Below are positions 11,078 to 20,370 of a DNA stretch of 32,000 nucleotides, piece after piece. Source of the DNA: Desulfobulbus propionicus DSM 2032 (lineage in GTDB: Bacteria; Desulfobacterota; Desulfobulbia; Desulfobulbales; Desulfobulbaceae). The notes under the pieces are model-generated. The model did not search any database and was not told where the DNA came from. It worked only from the letters and a program-made list of their open reading frames with translations. The stretch lies in assembly GCF_000186885.1 (NCBI RefSeq), contig NC_014972.1, positions 3,780,001 through 3,812,000 on the forward strand, given 5' to 3'. Numbering within the stretch: the first letter of the stretch is position 1; each line of letters opens with the position of its first letter. A program made the position numbers and the translations under genes.

Positions 11078-11418
11078 GTTCATCCGGTTGTATCGAGGCA
11101 AGGACTCACTTTGAGTCATTGGATACGGCGCGGCTCAGCACGTTTCCCGGTATCAGCAAGCGCCACAACCAGCTCGATCCGCATCGCCCTTCTCCACCTG
11201 AAACTGGAAAGCAGTGGTCGGCCGGAGGGAAAGGTGTTTTTTTCTTGCTCCTCGATTTCCAGAAGTTTAAGAACATCGTCGCCATTACATTTCCGGAACG
11301 CCAGCGGCTTTTCTTGCCCTTTTGGATAAAAAAGTCGTCGTGTAGGGCGCCAGTCGGCACACCTCCGCCGTTCACGGACCCCAACCGTTGACCACCGAAT
11401 TCTATCAAGGAGAAAACC

Positions 11419-14400
11419 ATGCCGAAACGTGACGACATCCACACGGTCCTGATCATCGGTTCCGGTCCGATTATCATCGGCCAAGCCTGCGAATTTGACT
11501 ATTCCGGTACCCAGGCCTGCAAGGCGCTACGTGAACTGGGTTACCGCATCGTCCTGGTCAACTCCAATCCGGCCACGATCATGACCGATCCGGGCATGGC
11601 CGATGTGACCTACATCGAACCCCTCAACGTCGATACTCTGGAGAAGATCATCGCCCGCGAACGGCCCGACGCCCTGTTGCCCAATCTCGGCGGCCAGTCG
11701 GCCCTCAATCTTTCTTCCGATCTGGCCCGTCTAGGTATTTTGGAGAAATATGGCGTGCAGGTGATCGGCGTCAACCTGGAAGCCATCGAGCGTGGCGAGG
11801 ACCGGATCGAATTTAAAAAGGAAATGGACCGGCTCGGCATCGAGATGCCTAGGAGCACGGCGGTCTATTCGGTCGAGGATGCGGAGCGGATCGCGGCCGA
11901 GCTGGGGTATCCGGTGGTCATTCGTCCGGCCTACACCATGGGCGGCACCGGCGGCGGCATGGTCTACAACCTGGAAGAACTGCGCACCGTGGCCACCCGG
12001 GGGATCGCCGCCAGCCGCATTGGCCAGATTCTGGTCGAGGAATGCGTCATCGGCTGGGAGGAGCTGGAACTGGAGGTGGTGCGCGATGCCGACAACCGGC
12101 TAATCACCGTTTGCTTCATCGAAAATATCGACCCCATGGGCGTGCACACCGGCGATTCCTTCTGCGCCGCGCCCATGCTAACCGTGCCGGTCGAACTGCA
12201 GCAACGGTTGCAGCGGGCGGCCTACGCCATAGTCGAGTCGATCGGGGTGATCGGCGGCACCAACGTCCAGTTCGCCCACGATCCGGTCACAGACCGGGTG
12301 GTGGTGATCGAGATCAACCCGCGCACCTCGCGCAGTTCGGCGCTGGCCTCCAAGGCCACGGGGTTTCCCATTGCTCTGGTGTCGGCGCGTCTGGCCGGCG
12401 GCCAGACCTTGAAGGACATGGCTTACTGGCGCGACGGCAGTTTGGACCGCTATACCCCTTCCGGCGAGTATGTGGTGATCAAGTTCGCCCGCTGGGCCTT
12501 TGAGAAATTCCGTGGGGTGGAGGACAAGCTTGGCACCCAGATGCGGGCCGTGGGCGAGGTGATGAGTTTGGGTAAGACCTACAAGGAGGCCTTTCAAAAG
12601 GCGATTCGCGGATTGGAGACCGGTTGCAGCGGTCTGGGGTTTTACAAGCATCTCAACAGCCTGTCCCTTAAGGACCTCATGGCCCGCTTGGCCGTGCCGA
12701 CCAGCGAGCGCCAGTTCGTGCTCTACGAGGCCCTGCGCAAAGGGGCGACCGTGGAGGAATTGCACCGACGGACCTCGATCCACCGCTGGTTCCTTGAACA
12801 GATGCGCGAGTTGGTGGCCCGCGAGGAGGAAATTCTCGCCCACCGGGGCGGGGAGCTGCCCATCGAGCTGCTGCGGCGAGCCAAGCAGGAGGGGTTTTCT
12901 GATCTGTACTTGGCCAAGATTCTCGGCCTGGAGGAACGTGCCATCCGCGAGCGGCGCACCCAGGCCGGCATCGTCGAAGGGTGGCACGCGGTGCCGGTGA
13001 GCGGGGTGGAAAACGCCGCCTACTACTATTCCAGCTACAACGCCCCGGACACGGTGCCGGTGTCCGCCAACCCCAACAAAGTGATGATCCTCGGCGGCGG
13101 CCCCAACCGCATCGGTCAGGGAATCGAGTTCGACTACTGCTGTGTCCATGCGGCCTTTGCCCTGCGCGACATGGGCTATGAAACAGTGATGGTCAATTGC
13201 AACCCGGAGACCGTTTCCACCGACTACGATACCTCGGACAAGCTTTACTTCGAGCCGCTGACCGTCGAGGATGTGCTGCAGATTTACCAGAAGGAAAAGC
13301 CACGGGGAGTGATCTGCCAGTTCGGCGGCCAGACGCCGCTCAACATCGCCCGCCAGCTGGAGGAGGCCGGAGTGACCATCCTGGGTACGCCGCCGGCGGT
13401 CATCGACATGGCTGAGGATCGCGACCTGTTTAACCGAATGATGGAGAAACTGGGCATTCCCATGGCCGCCGGCGGCATGGCTGTCAACGAAGAGGAAGCC
13501 GTTGCCATCGCCGGGCAGATCGGTTACCCGCTGATGGTTCGGCCCTCCTACGTGCTTGGCGGCCGGGGAATGGAAATCGTCTATGATGAGCCGATGCTGC
13601 GCGATTACATGGCCGCGGCGGTGGATGTCACCCCGGACCGGCCGATCCTCATCGACCGCTATCTGGAAAATGCCATCGAGGCCGAGGCCGATGCCATCGC
13701 CGACGGTACCGATGCCTTCGTGCCGGCGGTGATGGAGCATATCGAGCAGGCGGGCATCCATTCCGGCGATTCGGCCTGCGTCATTCCGCCGGTGGGCATC
13801 CCCGAGCACCATATCGCCACCATCCGCGAGTACACCCGCACCATCGCCCGCGAGATGGGCGTGGTCGGACTCATGAACATCCAATACGCGATCTGCGACG
13901 ACCGGGTCTACGTGCTCGAGGCCAATCCGCGCGCCTCGCGCACCGTGCCGCTGGTATCCAAGGTCTGTGGCATCCCCATGGCCCGCATCGCCACTGAGAT
14001 CCTGCTTGGCAAGACCTTGCGCGAGTGCCATCTCAGTCAGCGCACCATCCCGCACATCGGTGTCAAGGAGGCGGTGTTCCCGTTCAACATGTTTCCCGAG
14101 GTCGATCCGGTGCTTGGCCCGGAGATGCGCTCCACCGGCGAGGTGCTGGGCATGGATTCCTCTTTCGGCATGGCTTTTTACAAGGCCCAGGACGGGGCCA
14201 ACAGCACCCTGCCGCTCACCGGGGCCGTATTGATCACCGTTAACCAGCGCGATCGCACCGACAAGCTGATCGAGGCGGCCCGGCGGTTGCGGGACGAGGG
14301 CTTTAAACTGCTGGCCACAGACGGTACCGCCGACTTTTTGCAGGCGCACGGCATTGAGGCCCAGGTGATCCTCAAGGTGCATGAAGGGCGGCCCAACATC

Positions 14401-14625
14401 GTCGACGCGGTGAAAAACGGCGAGATTCAGCTGATCATCAACACCCCGTCGGGCAAGCTCAGTGCCCATGATGACTCTTACATTCGCAAGGCGGCCATCA
14501 AGCACAAGGTGGCGTACATCACCACCGTTGCCGCGGCCGCGGCGGCCGCCGAGGGCATCGCCGCCCGTCAAGCGGGCGAGGCAACGGTACGCTCCCTGCA
14601 GGAGTGGCTGGCCGCAATCGCCTAA
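11419..14625 (+). CDS. carB: Carbamoyl-phosphate synthase large subunit
   Basis: 1068 aa with duplicated ATP-grasp halves: MPKRDDIHTVLIIGSGPIIIGQACEFDYSG, VIRPAYTMGGTGGG, MILGGGPNRIGQGIEFDYCCVHA, MVRPSYVLGGRGMEIVY. Confidence 0.98.
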   Translation: MPKRDDIHTVLIIGSGPIIIGQACEFDYSGTQACKALRELGYRIVLVNSNPATIMTDPGMADVTYIEPLNVDTLEKIIARERPDALLPNLGGQSALNLSSDLARLGILEKYGVQVIGVNLEAIERGEDRIEFKKEMDRLGIEMPRSTAVYSVEDAERIAAELGYPVVIRPAYTMGGTGGGMVYNLEELRTVATRGIAASRIGQILVEECVIGWEELELEVVRDADNRLITVCFIENIDPMGVHTGDSFCAAPMLTVPVELQQRLQRAAYAIVESIGVIGGTNVQFAHDPVTDRVVVIEINPRTSRSSALASKATGFPIALVSARLAGGQTLKDMAYWRDGSLDRYTPSGEYVVIKFARWAFEKFRGVEDKLGTQMRAVGEVMSLGKTYKEAFQKAIRGLETGCSGLGFYKHLNSLSLKDLMARLAVPTSERQFVLYEALRKGATVEELHRRTSIHRWFLEQMRELVAREEEILAHRGGELPIELLRRAKQEGFSDLYLAKILGLEERAIRERRTQAGIVEGWHAVPVSGVENAAYYYSSYNAPDTVPVSANPNKVMILGGGPNRIGQGIEFDYCCVHAAFALRDMGYETVMVNCNPETVSTDYDTSDKLYFEPLTVEDVLQIYQKEKPRGVICQFGGQTPLNIARQLEEAGVTILGTPPAVIDMAEDRDLFNRMMEKLGIPMAAGGMAVNEEEAVAIAGQIGYPLMVRPSYVLGGRGMEIVYDEPMLRDYMAAAVDVTPDRPILIDRYLENAIEAEADAIADGTDAFVPAVMEHIEQAGIHSGDSACVIPPVGIPEHHIATIREYTRTIAREMGVVGLMNIQYAICDDRVYVLEANPRASRTVPLVSKVCGIPMARIATEILLGKTLRECHLSQRTIPHIGVKEAVFPFNMFPEVDPVLGPEMRSTGEVLGMDSSFGMAFYKAQDGANSTLPLTGAVLITVNQRDRTDKLIEAARRLRDEGFKLLATDGTADFLQAHGIEAQVILKVHEGRPNIVDAVKNGEIQLIINTPSGKLSAHDDSYIRKAAIKHKVAYITTVAAAAAAAEGIAARQAGEATVRSLQEWLAAIA

Positions 14626-14683
14626 CCCCCCTCAAACCTTATCCCCTGCCCGAGCCACAAGCGCCATCAATCGAAAGGTTTGT

Positions 14684-15193
14684 TCAGCCTTGTTCTTTTT
14701 GGTGCAGCACGGGCAGGAACCGTTCCATGTAGGCGTTGCTCATCACCCCCAGGCGGACCGCCGCCTGGGGAGTCATGGCGGCGAAGGTGCCCGTGGCACG
14801 CACGCACAATGCGCCGTCCTGTGCATGAATTTCGCCCCCTACCACCACCTGCCGCTCGGAAACTGTTTCCGCGATAGTGCCAACCACGGTTAATTGGGTT
14901 TCGACCTGCACCGGTTTGAGGAATTCCACGGTCATGGTCTTGGTCACCCCGATCTTGCCCAGCAGATAGATCACCGACCAGCCCATGATTTCATCGAGCA
15001 GGGTCGAGAGGACGCCGCCATGCACGGTCCGATCCCAGCCGGCCATGGCCGGGGGCACCGTCACCAGGGAATAGACCCGCTGTTCATCGGTGAGAAAGGT
15101 CATGTGCAGGCCGATGGGGTTATTGTCGCCGCAGCCAAAACAGGTCTGGCCGTCCAAGTTGACAATGGTACGCAATGAGGTGGAATCGATCAT
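14684..15193 (-). CDS. Hotdog-fold thioesterase (PaaI family)
   Basis: GWDRTVHGGVLSTLLDEIMGWSVIYL (HGG...D motif). ATG at 15193 (MIDSTSLRTIVNL) is preceded by GGAGA; the ORF extends to 15271 if an upstream start is used. Confidence 0.85.
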   Translation of the reverse strand: MIDSTSLRTIVNLDGQTCFGCGDNNPIGLHMTFLTDEQRVYSLVTVPPAMAGWDRTVHGGVLSTLLDEIMGWSVIYLLGKIGVTKTMTVEFLKPVQVETQLTVVGTIAETVSERQVVVGGEIHAQDGALCVRATGTFAAMTPQAAVRLGVMSNAYMERFLPVLHQKEQG

Positions 15194-15499
15194 CAGGTCT
15201 TTCTCCTTGAGAGCATGAAGGGCAACGAACCACAGCCCCAGATAACCACCCAAAACCAGCCAGGGCAACATCGAAGCGCCAAGACAACCGGCCTGGTGAG
15301 GGAAAAGCGTCCTGCCGGCCGCGCGCCTTCGCGTTTCGCGACACGGTTTCCTGCCTATTAAATATTTGTTTTAACATTGTTTATCGCTTCCTTGGTGCTC
15401 CCTGCTCCTGGTCGATTTCTCGTTTTCGCGATTGTCCTTGCGTCCGCGAAGTGGTAAGGAGAGCAGCGTCTACTTGACGCCACCACACAGACAGACAGT

Positions 15500-15655
15500 T
15501 CCATAAACGGAACACGGTGCAAATCCGTGACGGTCCCGCCGCTGTAACCGGAATACAGGGGTCGCACTCCCCGCAAGGGAAGCCACTGATCATGCGGATA
15601 TGATCGGGAAGGCGCGATCTGGCAGTCTCCGGAAGTCAGAAGACGTATGGAACGG
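15500..15655 (+). promoter_or_regulatory. Cobalamin (AdoCbl-type) riboswitch
   Basis: Conserved core GGTGCAAATCCGTGACGGTCCCGCCGCTGTAACCGG, AAGCCACTG, GGGAAGGCG and AGTCAGAAGAC (B12-box-like), upstream of cobT on the same strand. Boundaries approximate. Confidence 0.95.
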
Positions 15656-15684
15656 TTCTTTTTTGGGAAGGCGATGGCAAAGGG

Positions 15685-15725
15685 GGGGAAAGGAGTTTCA
15701 ACCTTTCAAACCCATTGATTTTTTT
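15685..15725 (+). terminator. Candidate intrinsic terminator/expression platform of the cobalamin riboswitch
   Basis: GAAAGG(15688-15693)-agtttcaa-CCTTTC(15702-15707), possible extension GGG/CCC with a bulge, then T7 at 15719-15725. Confidence 0.5.
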
Positions 15726-15760
15726 CCCGGAAACGGACCATCGCCACGTACGGAGGATAC

Positions 15761-15913
15761 ATGAAACCCCAAGCCACGGTTGTTCCCACCTCTTTCCTGT
15801 GCCCTCGAACGACTCTCCCGGGTCGATTGCCCAAAGGAGCGCGAGCTGTTTCCGACGCAACGGCACAGCGGTCGCTCTTCGCGCCGAGAGCCGGCTTGCC
15901 GCCGGCGAAATAA
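15761..15913 (+). CDS. Possible 50-aa ORF in the riboswitch-cobT leader
   Basis: GGAGGATAC-ATG, reads MKPQATVVPTSFLCPRTTLPGRLPKGARAVSDATAQRSLFAPRAGLPPAK*. Good Shine-Dalgarno but no recognisable family; too short for the supplied ORF track. Confidence 0.3.
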   Translation: MKPQATVVPTSFLCPRTTLPGRLPKGARAVSDATAQRSLFAPRAGLPPAK

Positions 15914-15998
15914 CTCGTTCACCGTCTGATTGATGAATAACCGCGCCCCTCTTGGGCGTGCGCAACGGCCATACCCAATCCAAACAAAGGAACATTCC

Positions 15999-17132
15999 AT
16001 GCACCTTCTTCAGTCCACCATGGCGGCAATCCGTATTCCAAGCCAGGCCTTTTACCAAGCAGCCACGCAGCGGCTCGCCGACCAGGCCCGGCCCAAGGGC
16101 AGTCTTGGCATTCTCGAACCGCTGGCAGCCCGGTTGGCCGCCATCGCCGCAACCCTGGATGTCCGTTTCCGCCACAAATTCATCGTCACCTGCGCCGGTG
16201 ATCATGGCGTGGTTGCGGAAGGGGTCAGCCTCTTTCCCCAGGAGGTAACCCCACAGATGGTCTACAATTTTGTCCAGGGAGGGGCCTCGGTCAGCGTGCT
16301 GGCGGCCCATGTCGGTGCCAGGGTACGGGTGGCCGATCTGGGTGTCAATCATGATTTTCCGCCGAACCTGCCCATTTTTCATTGCAAGATCGGCAAAGGC
16401 ACCGCCAACTTCACTCGTCAGCCGGCCATGACCCGGGACCAGGCGGTTCGCTCGCTGGAGGCGGGAATCGAGATCGTCAACCGGTTGGTGGATGGCGAAG
16501 GCATGGATCTGCTGGGAACCGGCGACATGGGGATCGGCAACACCACCCCCTCCTCGGCGATCATCGCCGCCTTTTCCGGCCTGCCGGTACAAACGGTGAC
16601 TGGCCGGGGAACCGGTATCGATGATGTCATGCTGGCCAACAAGATCGCGGTGATCGAGCGGGCCCTGGCCTTGCATCGGCCCGACCCGAACGATGCCCTC
16701 GACGTATTGGCCAAGGTCGGGGGATTTGAAATCGGCGGTCTGGCTGGATTGGTGATCGGCGCCGCCGCCAGGGGCGTTCCGGTGCTGTGCGACGGGTTGA
16801 TTTCCACCGCCGGTGCCCTGATCGCCTGTGAGCTGGCTCCGGCAGCCAAGGCCTATCTCTTCGCCAGCCACAATTCGGTGGAGATTGGCCACCGTTGCAT
16901 GCTGGAGCGGATGGGGTTGCAACCGCTCCTGCATCTTGATTTCCGCCTCGGCGAGGGGACCGGAGCGGCTGCCGCCATGCCCCTGCTCGATGCCGCCACC
17001 CGTGTACTGGCCGAGATCAAGACCTTTCGGGAGGTCGGGATCCACGACGCCCAGAACAAAGGGGACGAGACAAGGGAGGAATCGGTGGGTTCGTTGGAAA
17101 GCGTTTCCGCTCAGGCCACCGTGGCACCCTGA
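15999..17132 (+). CDS. cobT: Nicotinate-nucleotide--dimethylbenzimidazole phosphoribosyltransferase
   Basis: ATG 15999 (MHLLQSTMAAIRIPS) preceded by AAAGGAA. FIVTCAGDHGVVAEGVSLFPQEVT, DLLGTGDMGIGNTTPSSAIIAAF, VTGRGTGIDD, KAYLFASHNSVEIGH. Confidence 0.96.
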   Translation: MHLLQSTMAAIRIPSQAFYQAATQRLADQARPKGSLGILEPLAARLAAIAATLDVRFRHKFIVTCAGDHGVVAEGVSLFPQEVTPQMVYNFVQGGASVSVLAAHVGARVRVADLGVNHDFPPNLPIFHCKIGKGTANFTRQPAMTRDQAVRSLEAGIEIVNRLVDGEGMDLLGTGDMGIGNTTPSSAIIAAFSGLPVQTVTGRGTGIDDVMLANKIAVIERALALHRPDPNDALDVLAKVGGFEIGGLAGLVIGAAARGVPVLCDGLISTAGALIACELAPAAKAYLFASHNSVEIGHRCMLERMGLQPLLHLDFRLGEGTGAAAAMPLLDAATRVLAEIKTFREVGIHDAQNKGDETREESVGSLESVSAQATVAP

Positions 17133-17164
17133 TAGGGTACCACGGCGGAAGGGAATACGGAGGA

Positions 17165-17845
17165 CTACATCCGCTCCTGGGACCAGTCGTTGTGCTCGAA
17201 TTCGCTATGGTCGGGTTTGGGCGGTTTGATCTCGGCCATGCGCTGCCGCAGCCAGGTCTGCACCTTGGAGAATTCGGCGGCAAACTCGGCCATGGCCCGA
17301 CCGCGGTGGCTGACCCGGCTCTTCTCCTCCATGGTCAGCTCGGCAAAGGTTTTGCCCAATTCCGGGGAGTAAAAGAGCGGATCATAGCCGAAACCGGCCT
17401 CGCCCCGCCGCTCGGTGAGCAGTTCGCCGTCGCAGCGGCCCTCCCAGGTCAGGGCCGGACCGCCGGGGGTGGCAAGCGACAGCACGCAGACGAAATGGGC
17501 GCTGCGGTTGGTCTGGCCTTCCATTTCACCGAGCAGTTTGTCGCAGTTGGACCAATCGGTGGCTTCCGGGCCGGAATAGCGGGCTGAATAGACGCCGGGA
17601 CGACCGTCCAGGGCGTCGACCACCAGGCCCGAATCGTCGGCCAGGCAGGGCAGGCCCAACACCTTGGCATAGTGCAGCGCCTTCTTGTAGGCGTTGTCGT
17701 CAAAGGTTGCGCCGTCCTCCACCGGTTCGGGCATGGGGCCGAAGTCGGCGAGCGATTTGATCGTCACCGGCGCGTTCTTGAGCAGTTCCCGAAACTCCTT
17801 GAGCTTGTTCTGATTGCTGGTGGCCAGCACGATGATGTTGTCCAT
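17165..17845 (-). CDS. rdgB: XTP/dITP diphosphatase (RdgB/HAM1 family)
   Basis: IIVLATSNQNKLKEFRELL, LADDSGLVVDALDGRPGVYSARY, GEAGFGYDPLFY, SHRGRA. Confidence 0.95.
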   Translation of the reverse strand: MDNIIVLATSNQNKLKEFRELLKNAPVTIKSLADFGPMPEPVEDGATFDDNAYKKALHYAKVLGLPCLADDSGLVVDALDGRPGVYSARYSGPEATDWSNCDKLLGEMEGQTNRSAHFVCVLSLATPGGPALTWEGRCDGELLTERRGEAGFGYDPLFYSPELGKTFAELTMEEKSRVSHRGRAMAEFAAEFSKVQTWLRQRMAEIKPPKPDHSEFEHNDWSQERM

Positions 17846-17926
17846 GGTAGTCCTCCCGGCGCCGGATACGGGGCAACGGCGCGCTTTAAAACGATAGATC
17901 AGTAAGGTCGCGGCTTGGCTACGCGC

Positions 17927-18496
17927 TCAAGAAGCTCCCTGGTGTGTTTGTCGTGGACGTTTGCGCAGCCGCTTGTCGTAGCGCTCTTGCTCGCTGTATA
18001 TGCAGCCGCAGTAGGGCTGACGGTAGAGCCCCAACCGGATCGATTCGTCGATGCCCTCCTGCCAGCCCAGCCGGAAATCTTCATAATAAAAATCGACCCC
18101 GTGTTCCGCGGCCAACCGCTGGCAGCGTTCGATGAGCAGCCGGTGGTTCTGGTACTTGGAATAGAGCAGGGTGGTGGTGAACGCGTCAAAATCTCCGGCA
18201 GCGGCGGTTTGCACCGCCCGCACCAGGCGCATCTCATAACAGATCGGGCAGCGCTCGGCCTCGTGGAACACCACCTGCCGCAGGTACTCGGTCAAGCCAT
18301 AGTTTTCGTCGATGGTCACCGGGAACTCGGCCGCCAGACTCAACTGTTTGACCGCTTCCACCCGGCGGCGGAACTCCTGATAGGGGTGGATGTTGGGGTT
18401 ATAGAACACCCCTTCGACCGCGTGCCCCTGATTCCGTAGCCGGATCAGGGGGTAGACCGCGCAGGGTCCGCAGCAGAGGTGCAGGAGAATCCGCAT
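17927..18496 (-). CDS. queH: Epoxyqueuosine reductase QueH (DUF208 family)
   Basis: ILLHLCCGPCAVYPL, FYNPNIHPYQEFRRR, RCPICYEMRL, FTTTLLYSKYQNH, YCGCIYSEQERY. Confidence 0.93.
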   Translation of the reverse strand: MRILLHLCCGPCAVYPLIRLRNQGHAVEGVFYNPNIHPYQEFRRRVEAVKQLSLAAEFPVTIDENYGLTEYLRQVVFHEAERCPICYEMRLVRAVQTAAAGDFDAFTTTLLYSKYQNHRLLIERCQRLAAEHGVDFYYEDFRLGWQEGIDESIRLGLYRQPYCGCIYSEQERYDKRLRKRPRQTHQGAS

Positions 18497-20067
18497 CACT
18501 TGACCTTGAAATGCTTGGGTTCGATGCCGTAGCTGTGGATCTTGTAATTGATGATCCGGAGGCTGGTGTCCAGACTCTTGGCCGCCTTGGTCTGGTTGCC
18601 GTTGTTTTTTTTCAGCGCCTCAATAATAAGTTCGCGCTCGAAATTTTCAACCGCCGTGGCCAAGGAAAGGGGCTTGCTGGAATGAATGCTGTCCGCGCTC
18701 TGTAGCGAGGGCGGCAGGTGGATCGACTTGATCGCCGGCCCGTCGCAGATCAGCACGGCCCGTTCCATGCAGTTCTGGAGCTCGCGCACGTTGCCGGGCC
18801 AGTGGTACTGGACCAGGAGGTCGATGGCCGGGGTGGAGATGCGCTTGATCTGCTTGTTGTTTTCCTTGGCGTATTTTTCCAGGAAATATTCGGCGAGCAG
18901 CATGATATCGGTGCGCCGTTCCCTGAGTGGCGGCAGATAAACTGGAAAGACGTTGAGCCGGTAATAGAGATCCTCGCGGAAGGCCATCTCCTTGACCGCT
19001 TTTTCCAGGTCGCGGTTGGTGGCCGCCACCAGGCGGATGTCGGTCTTGATGGTCTTGGTCGAGCCCAGCCGCTGGAAGGTGCGTTCCTGGATGACGTTGA
19101 GCAACTTGACCTGCACCGCCGGGCTGATCTCGCCGATCTCGTCGAGGAATAGGGTGCCGCCCTCGGCCAGTTCGAACCGCCCCTTCTTGGCTTCGGTGGC
19201 GCCGGTGAAGGCCCCTTTTTCGTGGCCGAACAGTTCGCTCTCCAGGAGCGTTTCGGGAAGAGCCGAGCAGTTGACCACCACAAAAGGGCCATCCGCCCGG
19301 CTGGAGTTGTGGTGCAAGGCCTTGGCAACCAGGGTCTTGCCGGTGCCGGATTCGCCGCGCAGGAGCACGGTGGCGTTGGAGTCGGCCACCCGATGCACCA
19401 TGTCGAACACTTCCTGCATGCGCGACGAGTTGCCGATGATCTCCTCGATCCGGTTTTTGGCGGTCAACTCCCGTTTGAGCTTGGAATTTTCCTGGCGCAG
19501 GGCCTCCTTCTCCTCGTTGACCCGCTGGATGCGCTGCACCGTTTCGGCGATCAGGCCGCTGACCACGGTGAGAAAGCGGAGATCATTCTCCGACTGGGTG
19601 CCGAATCCCTCCTTGTAGACCCGGTCAATGGACAAGGCGCCGATGGATTGCTGGGCGGCCATGATCGGCACACAGAGAAACGAGCTTTTTTTCTTGCGCT
19701 CGTCGCCGCGGGTACGGGTACGGTTGAGAAACAGCGGTTCGTCGCCGATCTGCGGCACGATGATCGGCTCGCCGGTGGCCACCACCTTGCCGGTGATGCC
19801 CTCCCCCAGCTTGTAGCGGCCGCGCCGCTTGGCCTCGGCGGTGATGCCGTGGGCCACCTCGATCTCCAGTTCACCGGTGGCCGGGTTGATGATCGTGACC
19901 GTGCCGTTGTCCATGCCCTTGCGTTCGGCCAGGGAGGTGACGATCTTTTCCAGGCAGTCCTGCAGGCTGGTGGCCGAGGCCAGGTGGCGGGTGATTTCAT
20001 AAAGGCAGGTCAGGTCGATGAATTCCTGGTCCTGCATGGCATCGACAGAGGAAGTGTTTGTTTTCAT
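18496..20067 (-). CDS. NifA-like sigma-54-dependent transcriptional regulator (GAF-AAA+-Fis HTH)
   Basis: N-terminal GAF-like region, [19 protein letters not shown] (Walker A), [29 protein letters not shown]-terminal Fis-type [31 protein letters not shown]. Confidence 0.93.
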   Translation of the reverse strand: MKTNTSSVDAMQDQEFIDLTCLYEITRHLASATSLQDCLEKIVTSLAERKGMDNGTVTIINPATGELEIEVAHGITAEAKRRGRYKLGEGITGKVVATGEPIIVPQIGDEPLFLNRTRTRGDERKKKSSFLCVPIMAAQQSIGALSIDRVYKEGFGTQSENDLRFLTVVSGLIAETVQRIQRVNEEKEALRQENSKLKRELTAKNRIEEIIGNSSRMQEVFDMVHRVADSNATVLLRGESGTGKTLVAKALHHNSSRADGPFVVVNCSALPETLLESELFGHEKGAFTGATEAKKGRFELAEGGTLFLDEIGEISPAVQVKLLNVIQERTFQRLGSTKTIKTDIRLVAATNRDLEKAVKEMAFREDLYYRLNVFPVYLPPLRERRTDIMLLAEYFLEKYAKENNKQIKRISTPAIDLLVQYHWPGNVRELQNCMERAVLICDGPAIKSIHLPPSLQSADSIHSSKPLSLATAVENFERELIIEALKKNNGNQTKAAKSLDTSLRIINYKIHSYGIEPKHFKVK

Positions 20068-20123
20068 GAAATTGAGGAGGTTATTGACAGTATTCCTTTG
20101 AAATGGTATTTACGTGCCGTTAT

Positions 20124-20209
20124 GGAGGGATGGCCGAGTGGTTTAAGGCGGCGGTCTTGAAAACCGTTGTGCGAAAGTACCGTGGGTTCGAATCCTACTC
20201 CCTCCGCCA
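20124..20209 (+). tRNA. tRNA-Ser (anticodon TGA)
   Basis: Acceptor GGAGGGA/TCCCTCC, discriminator G, encoded CCA, long variable arm, loop with TGA between GGTCT-like and AACC arms, GGTTCGAATCC T-arm. Confidence 0.96.
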
Positions 20210-20229
20210 GAAACCGATATGCACTCCAT

Positions 20230-20322
20230 GGAGAGATGACCGAGTAGGCCGATGGTGCTCGCCTGCTAAGCGAGTGTGGGGGTTATACTCCACCGAGGGT
20301 TCGAATCCCTCTCTCTCCGCCA
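20230..20322 (+). tRNA. tRNA-Ser (anticodon GCT)
   Basis: Acceptor GGAGAGA/TCTCTCC, encoded CCA, anticodon stem CTCGC/GCGAG with GCT, long variable arm, GGGTTCGAATCCC T-arm. Confidence 0.97.
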
Positions 20323-20327
20323 TATAG

Positions 20328-20370
20328 ACAAAGGCTGGTTGGATTGCCAACCAGCCTTTGTTGTTTGTGT
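20328..20370 (+). terminator. Intrinsic terminator of the tRNA-Ser pair
   Basis: 15-bp perfect stem ACAAAGGCTGGTTGG-attg-CCAACCAGCCTTTGT followed by a T-rich stretch TGTTTGTGTT. Confidence 0.85.

Noticed and set aside
11119-11391. 90-aa plus-strand ORF upstream of carB
   Set aside because: Weak start context, no recognisable domain, and competing ORFs in other frames of the same region; more likely untranslated leader.
12178-14571. 797-aa ORF on the minus strand
   Set aside because: Lies entirely antisense to carB; codon-bias shadow typical of GC-rich genes, and its product has no recognisable motif.
15636-17045. 469-aa ORF on the minus strand
   Set aside because: Antisense to cobT and the riboswitch leader; cobT motifs on the plus strand are unambiguous.
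19222-20160. 312-aa plus-strand ORF running into the tRNA-Ser gene
   Set aside because: Antisense to the sigma-54 regulator and its C-terminus reads through the tRNA (MEGWPSGLRRRS), a classic artefact.
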